Shown one piece after another: positions 59,446 to 64,000 of a stretch of 64,000 nt of DNA. The notes under the pieces are model-generated. The model saw only the letters and a program-made list of their open reading frames with translations. It was not told the origin of the DNA and did no database searches. The position numbers were made by a program, and so were the translations under genes. The stretch lies in contig CBDCDZ010000004.1 of NCBI GenBank assembly GCA_965215565.1, forward strand, positions 1,280,001 through 1,344,000. Reading direction: 5' to 3'. How positions within the stretch are numbered: position 1 is the stretch's first letter; each line of letters begins with the position of its first letter. Origin of the DNA: Trueperaceae bacterium (GTDB taxonomy: Bacteria; Deinococcota; Deinococci; Deinococcales; Trueperaceae).

Positions 59446-60099
59446 GTGCTGCGTTTTCTCTCCCTCGCGCTTCTCGCGCTTCTCGCGCCCGTTCACGCCC
59501 AGAGCGCTCAGCCCTGGACGCTGCAAACGGCTGCGTTCAGCGACGCGGCGCGAGCAGATGTCGCCGTGAGGGGGTTGCGTCAAGCGGGCTTCGACGCCTA
59601 CAGCGAGCGCGCTCAAGAGGTGACGCGCGTGCGCGTAGGCTGCTTTTTAGATAGGGAGAGCGCCGAGGTTGTCGCTGTGCACTTAGCGCGGCGCACCGAG
59701 GGGCGAGCGCAGATTGTGGCGCTCAACCGCGCGGCTGTGAGCGTCGGTCCGACGTTCTGCGTTCGGCGCGAGGCGGGGTTTACGCTGCCTGCGCGCTGGG
59801 GCGTTGCAGAGACGACACCTGACACCATCACCTTTTGGGTCAACGCCGCCGGCCCGCGCGCTCTGCGCTTCGACGGGCGCGCGTGGCGCATCCGCCAGAG
59901 CGCACCCCTACGGGGCGCGTCCGAACGCGCTGAGGTTCAGACTGCGCAAGCCGCGCCGGTCCGCGCAGGCTCGCTGTTCGTCGGCTTCGGGCGCACGCTC
60001 TGGCGCTCGCCCGCGCGGTCCTCGCCGCAGACGTTCGTCGTGCAGGACGCAGAGGCTATTTCCACGCTCACTCTGATTCCTTTTGACGAGGTCGACTAG
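59446..60099 (+). CDS. Secreted SPOR-domain protein
   Basis: Signal peptide, LQ.AAF....A......L...GF.AY, RVRVGCF..R..A. Confidence 0.7.
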   Translation: MLRFLSLALLALLAPVHAQSAQPWTLQTAAFSDAARADVAVRGLRQAGFDAYSERAQEVTRVRVGCFLDRESAEVVAVHLARRTEGRAQIVALNRAAVSVGPTFCVRREAGFTLPARWGVAETTPDTITFWVNAAGPRALRFDGRAWRIRQSAPLRGASERAEVQTAQAAPVRAGSLFVGFGRTLWRSPARSSPQTFVVQDAEAISTLTLIPFDEVD

Positions 60100-61032
60100 A
60101 TGAGGTTCGTCATCTTGACGGGGCTCTCGGGCGCGGGCAAAGCGACGGGGCTCGCCGCTCTAGAGGACATCGGCTACTTCACGGCGGACAACCTGCCGCC
60201 GATGCTCTGGGGCGAGTTGCTGGCGCAAGCGCGCGAGGCGAGCGGCAAAACAGCGCAGGACAAAGTCGTCGTAGGCATCGACGTGCGCACGCGGGACTTC
60301 CTGGACGACGTGCCGCGCGCGCTGGAGCAGCTCAAAGCGCAGGGTATTATCCCCGAGGTCATCTTTTTGGACGCTTCGGATGAGGTCTTAGTCAAACGCT
60401 ACAACCTGACGCGGCGCACGCACCCACTCGGGCAAGCGCCTCTGGGGTCAGATATCGCACAAGAGCGCGAAGTTTTGGGTGGCCTACGCGCCCTGGCAGA
60501 TTTCGTCCTCGACACGTCGCACTTCTCCGCCCGAGAGTTGACTGAGGAGCTGTGGACGCGCTTTGGCGACGAGCGGCGCTTTCGGCTGCGGCTCGTCTCG
60601 TTCGGCTTCAAGCGCGGCGCGCCCATCGACGCGGACAACATCTTCGATTTGCGCTCCCTACCCAATCCCTACTACGACCCCGCGCTGCGCCCTTTAGATG
60701 GACGCGACGAGCGCGTCAAAAACTACGTCTTTACGAGCGAAGGGTTGGCGTTCTACACCGAGCTGCGCGAGTTCGTGCGGCTTTTGGCGTCGCGAGCGGT
60801 CTCAGCGGGGCGCTCGAGCTACACCGTCGCCCTGGGCTGCACGGGCGGTCAGCACCGCTCGGTAGCGCTGACCGAGCGCCTGACCCACGACCTCGCCGAG
60901 ACGTTCGCTACCTACGCCGACCACCGCGACGTCGTCGTCGCGCTCGCCGAACATGGTCACGGCGCGAACCAACCTGCTGAGGGTGCACCTGCTCAAAAGG
61001 ACTCACAGGAGGACGCCCGTGGCGCGTCTTGA
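60100..61032 (+). CDS. rapZ: RNase adapter RapZ/YvcJ
   Basis: TGLSGAGK, DNLP, D.R, RR.HPL, SFGFK.G, D.R.LPNP, GCTGGQHRSV. Confidence 0.95.
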   Translation: MRFVILTGLSGAGKATGLAALEDIGYFTADNLPPMLWGELLAQAREASGKTAQDKVVVGIDVRTRDFLDDVPRALEQLKAQGIIPEVIFLDASDEVLVKRYNLTRRTHPLGQAPLGSDIAQEREVLGGLRALADFVLDTSHFSARELTEELWTRFGDERRFRLRLVSFGFKRGAPIDADNIFDLRSLPNPYYDPALRPLDGRDERVKNYVFTSEGLAFYTELREFVRLLASRAVSAGRSSYTVALGCTGGQHRSVALTERLTHDLAETFATYADHRDVVVALAEHGHGANQPAEGAPAQKDSQEDARGAS

Positions 61033-62338
61033 GCGCTTGCGCCGCATCAGCAACGTCCGCTACTGGCTCACGCCGGGCATGGGCGTCAAGCGTCACGTCT
61101 TCGTGGCGGCTTTGGGCACGCTGCTGCTCGTCATAGGCGTGATCAGCAGCGTCCTCTGGATACGCCACGCGGAAGACTACCTCCTCTTCGGGGCGCTGGA
61201 GCAGCGCTTAGCGAGCCGCATGTGGGAGGTGTGGGGCGGCTGGCTCTCCTTACTGACGCTCATGGGTGGGCTCAGCGTCGCGGTGTGGGCGGTGGGGCGC
61301 TTGAACCGCTCACTCTTGTCCAACTGGATGCCGCGCCCCAAAGATGCCGCCGTGCTGCTCCACCAACGGGTCTCACTAGCGAGAGGTCCGCGCATCGTCG
61401 CCTTGGGGGGCGGCACGGGTCTGTCCAACCTCTTGCGCGGTCTCAGGGAGTACACCTCGAACATCACCGCCGTCGTGTCGGTCAGTGATGACGGCGGCTC
61501 CTCGGGGCGACTGCGCGACGCCTTCGGCATCCCCGCGCCGGGCGATCTGACGGACTGCTTGGCGGCGCTCTCCGACAACGAGTCACAGGTCAGCCGACTC
61601 TTGGAGTACCGTTTCGAGCGCGGCGCGGAGCTAGAGGGACACACCTTCGGCAATCTCTTCATCACCACGCTGACCGAAGTCGAGGGCGACTTCGCGCGGG
61701 CGATTCGCGTCCTTAACGCGCTCCTCAACCTCTGCGGCGCGGTCTACCCGATCACCACAGACCCCACGTCGCTCAAGGTGATCAAATGCTCGGGCGAAGA
61801 GGTGGTGGGCGAGAGCAAGGTGAGCGCGGTGCCGGGTCCGGTGGCGCGCGTGCTGCTCGAGCCCCCAGACCCCGCCATCGTCCCCGACGTCGCGCAAGCG
61901 CTCGCGAACGCCGATCTCGTCGTTCTGGGGCCAGGCAGCCTCTTCACGAGCACCTTGCCGCCCCTGCTCGTACCGGGCGCGAAGCGCGCTCTTTTGGAGA
62001 CGCGCGCGCCCATCGTCTACCTCTGCAACGTGATGACCGAGCCCGGCGAGACGGACGGCTTCAGCGCCTGGGACCACGTCGCAGCGATCCACCAGCATCT
62101 GGGGCGCTACCCCGATCAGGTGCTGCTCAACAGCAGCGCAGTGGATAAAGCGCGCCGCGAGCGCTACAGGGTGCTGGGCGCAGAAGCTGTCCGGGTGGAC
62201 CTCGCCCCTTTCAAAAAGGCGGGCGTCGCAGTGAGCACCTTAGAGCTGCTCGGGTCTGGACCTCAGGTGCAGCACGACGCGGCGCGGCTCGCCGCTTGGC
62301 TGAACTCCTTCGCGCGCTTTTCGAAGGTGGGGGCTTGA
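61019..62338 (+). CDS. yvcK: YvcK/GlmR (CofD-like) gluconeogenesis factor
   Basis: GGGTGL, DDGGSSGRLR, PGD, GHTFGNL, GPGSLFTS, N.MTEPGET. Confidence 0.92.
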   Translation: MARLERLRRISNVRYWLTPGMGVKRHVFVAALGTLLLVIGVISSVLWIRHAEDYLLFGALEQRLASRMWEVWGGWLSLLTLMGGLSVAVWAVGRLNRSLLSNWMPRPKDAAVLLHQRVSLARGPRIVALGGGTGLSNLLRGLREYTSNITAVVSVSDDGGSSGRLRDAFGIPAPGDLTDCLAALSDNESQVSRLLEYRFERGAELEGHTFGNLFITTLTEVEGDFARAIRVLNALLNLCGAVYPITTDPTSLKVIKCSGEEVVGESKVSAVPGPVARVLLEPPDPAIVPDVAQALANADLVVLGPGSLFTSTLPPLLVPGAKRALLETRAPIVYLCNVMTEPGETDGFSAWDHVAAIHQHLGRYPDQVLLNSSAVDKARRERYRVLGAEAVRVDLAPFKKAGVAVSTLELLGSGPQVQHDAARLAAWLNSFARFSKVGA

Positions 62339-63531
62339 TGGCTAGAGGGAGCCGGAGTATGCGGCGGCTCACGCTCTGGCTGTTCACACTGTCCGCACTC
62401 TCGCCCGTCGCCTTCGCCAACCTCTTATCCCTCACGGACCCGCTCGGCGACGCCGTGGGTGACGGCAGCCTCGCGTCGCCCACGGCTGAGCGCTTTAGCG
62501 GCGCGTTCGACGTGCGCGAGCTGCGCGTGTTGGACGAAGAGACCTTGACGGTTCAGCTCGAGCTTGCCGGGCTCGCGGCGCAAGGCGCTGGTGGCGGGGG
62601 CGACAGCGGGGTAGGTCAGCCGATCATCGAGGTTTACTTAGACAGCGAGCCGGGCGGCGAGGAGACCCTGCTACCCGGCTCGGGGATGCAGCTCGCGCAA
62701 GGCGGCTGGAACGTCGCCTTCCAAATCGCGGGCGGCCACCTCAGGGTGTTCGCTGCGGGTGACGACGCGGACCCCACCGGTAGCGACGGACCCACCGACG
62801 TCACCACGTCACTCGGCGCACGCTTAGCGCGAGAGGGCGACACGCTCACGGTTAGGACGCGCTTAGAGACCCCGGCGCGCTTTAGCCTCTACGGGCTCGT
62901 AGGCAGTTACGACCCCTTCAGCACTACGGGTTGGCGCAGCGTCTCGCCCGAGCCGTCGCCTTGGCACTTCTCGAGCCCCACCCAAACCCGCCCTGTCCTC
63001 GACGTGATGGCGGACGAGCCCGCCTTACAAGCCAGGGCGATCCGTAGCGGTCTACTCCCCGAAATCCGCACCTCGTTTCAGCAGGCGCGCTGGCTCTTCA
63101 TCGCCGCTGCCGGCACGCTCTTCGCCCTCTTCGGCGTTGCGCTGCGCCTCTTCGCTTCCACGCCGCGCGACCCTGAGCCAGCGCTCGCTCCCGCAAGCGA
63201 ACTTGCACCGAGCAAGCCCGTCATCTCCTACGGGGCTAGGGAGGCGGGCGAGCGAGCGCAGATTCTGCGCAGCATCGACTTCGAAACGCTGCAAAAGGGG
63301 AAGTGGCTCGAGCCTCTAGATGCAGACACGCCTCTCCACCGCTCGACTCGAGTCGGTCAGCGCCCCGCGTCAGAGGTTGGCGAAGAGGAATCCGAACGGA
63401 CACACTCAGCCGTACCCAGCGTGCCAAAGCCAGAGGCGGAAGTCACGTCGGGGGCGAGCGCCTCTAAATCGAGGATACCCAAGTTGGATAAACAAGACGG
63501 ACGTCTGAGCCGCGCCGACAATGGAGATTAG
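62338..63531 (+). CDS. Glucodextranase DOMON-like domain membrane-anchored protein
   Basis: Signal peptide, DP.GD..GDG....PT, I.VYLD, LLPGSG, YDPF...GWR. TM segment then low-complexity tail. Confidence 0.7.
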   Translation: MARGSRSMRRLTLWLFTLSALSPVAFANLLSLTDPLGDAVGDGSLASPTAERFSGAFDVRELRVLDEETLTVQLELAGLAAQGAGGGGDSGVGQPIIEVYLDSEPGGEETLLPGSGMQLAQGGWNVAFQIAGGHLRVFAAGDDADPTGSDGPTDVTTSLGARLAREGDTLTVRTRLETPARFSLYGLVGSYDPFSTTGWRSVSPEPSPWHFSSPTQTRPVLDVMADEPALQARAIRSGLLPEIRTSFQQARWLFIAAAGTLFALFGVALRLFASTPRDPEPALAPASELAPSKPVISYGAREAGERAQILRSIDFETLQKGKWLEPLDADTPLHRSTRVGQRPASEVGEEESERTHSAVPSVPKPEAEVTSGASASKSRIPKLDKQDGRLSRADNGD

Positions 63532-63538
63532 AAGGCGG

Positions 63539-64000
63539 TCAGCTCAGACCCGTCGGCGTCAGCGCCTCCTCGAGCCGCCCGATCGCAAAGTCCACGACGA
63601 GCGCCAAGAGCGCCACAGGCACCGCGCCTTCTAGCACGTACGCTAGGTTGCGGTTCGTCAGACCTGCGATGATCGGCACGCCCAACCCGCCGGTGCCGAT
63701 GATGGGCGCAACCGTCGCCGTACCGATGGTGTAGATCGCGCTGACGCGCACGCCCGCCAGTATCACGCGCAGCGCCAGCGGCAGTTCTAGGCGAAAGAGC
63801 CGCTCCCACGGTCCCATCCCCATCCCTTTAGCAGCTTCTTGCAAGGTAGTCGGGACGGCCTCTAAACCTGCGATGGTATTTCTCGTCACGGGTAAGAGCC
63901 CATAAGCGACGAGCGCGATGAGCGTCGGGCGCAGACCGAAGCCGAAAAAGGGCAGCGCGAGGGCCAAGACAGCGATGGGCGGGAAGGTCTGACCTACCGA
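63539..64000 (-). CDS. Osmoprotectant (glycine betaine/choline) ABC permease, partial at window edge
   Basis: GQTFPP.AVLAL, YGLLP..RNT..GL, EAA.GMGM, ELPLA, GGLG. Confidence 0.9.
   Translation of the reverse strand, partial: SVGQTFPPIAVLALALPFFGFGLRPTLIALVAYGLLPVTRNTIAGLEAVPTTLQEAAKGMGMGPWERLFRLELPLALRVILAGVRVSAIYTIGTATVAPIIGTGGLGVPIIAGLTNRNLAYVLEGAVPVALLALVVDFAIGRLEEALTPTGLS

Overview
A GC-rich bacterial chromosomal window. Gene order and style (hisS-aspS, tig-clpP-clpX, rapZ-yvcK-DOMON-like, many leaderless genes) suggest Deinococcota, probably Truepera-like; this is inference. Housekeeping content: tRNA synthetases, tig/clpPX, ppa, aroH, hisCBH, rapZ/yvcK, a complete reductive pyrimidine catabolism operon with an ABC importer, a glyoxalase/esterase pair and several lipoproteins. 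Four things stand out. (1) A compact IS110 element whose non-coding end is a readable bridge RNA. Its target loop matches the terminal repeat of a dispersed MITE-like family, its donor loop matches its own ends, and it sits exactly at that target with a duplicated 2-nt core. (2) That MITE-like family (7 or more copies) carries nested micro-hairpin cassettes with covarying stems. (3) An SPT + GNAT (bCerS-like) + CPBP + SDR cluster that looks like a ceramide/sphingolipid pathway. (4) An XPB helicase module with a Helicase_C_3/WYL-like partner. Also seen: purine/pyrimidine hairpins around a four-helix-bundle gene, an ABC permease with a phage-like beta domain, and apparent enrichment of CTCGAG. 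All family calls come from motif recognition, not database searches.
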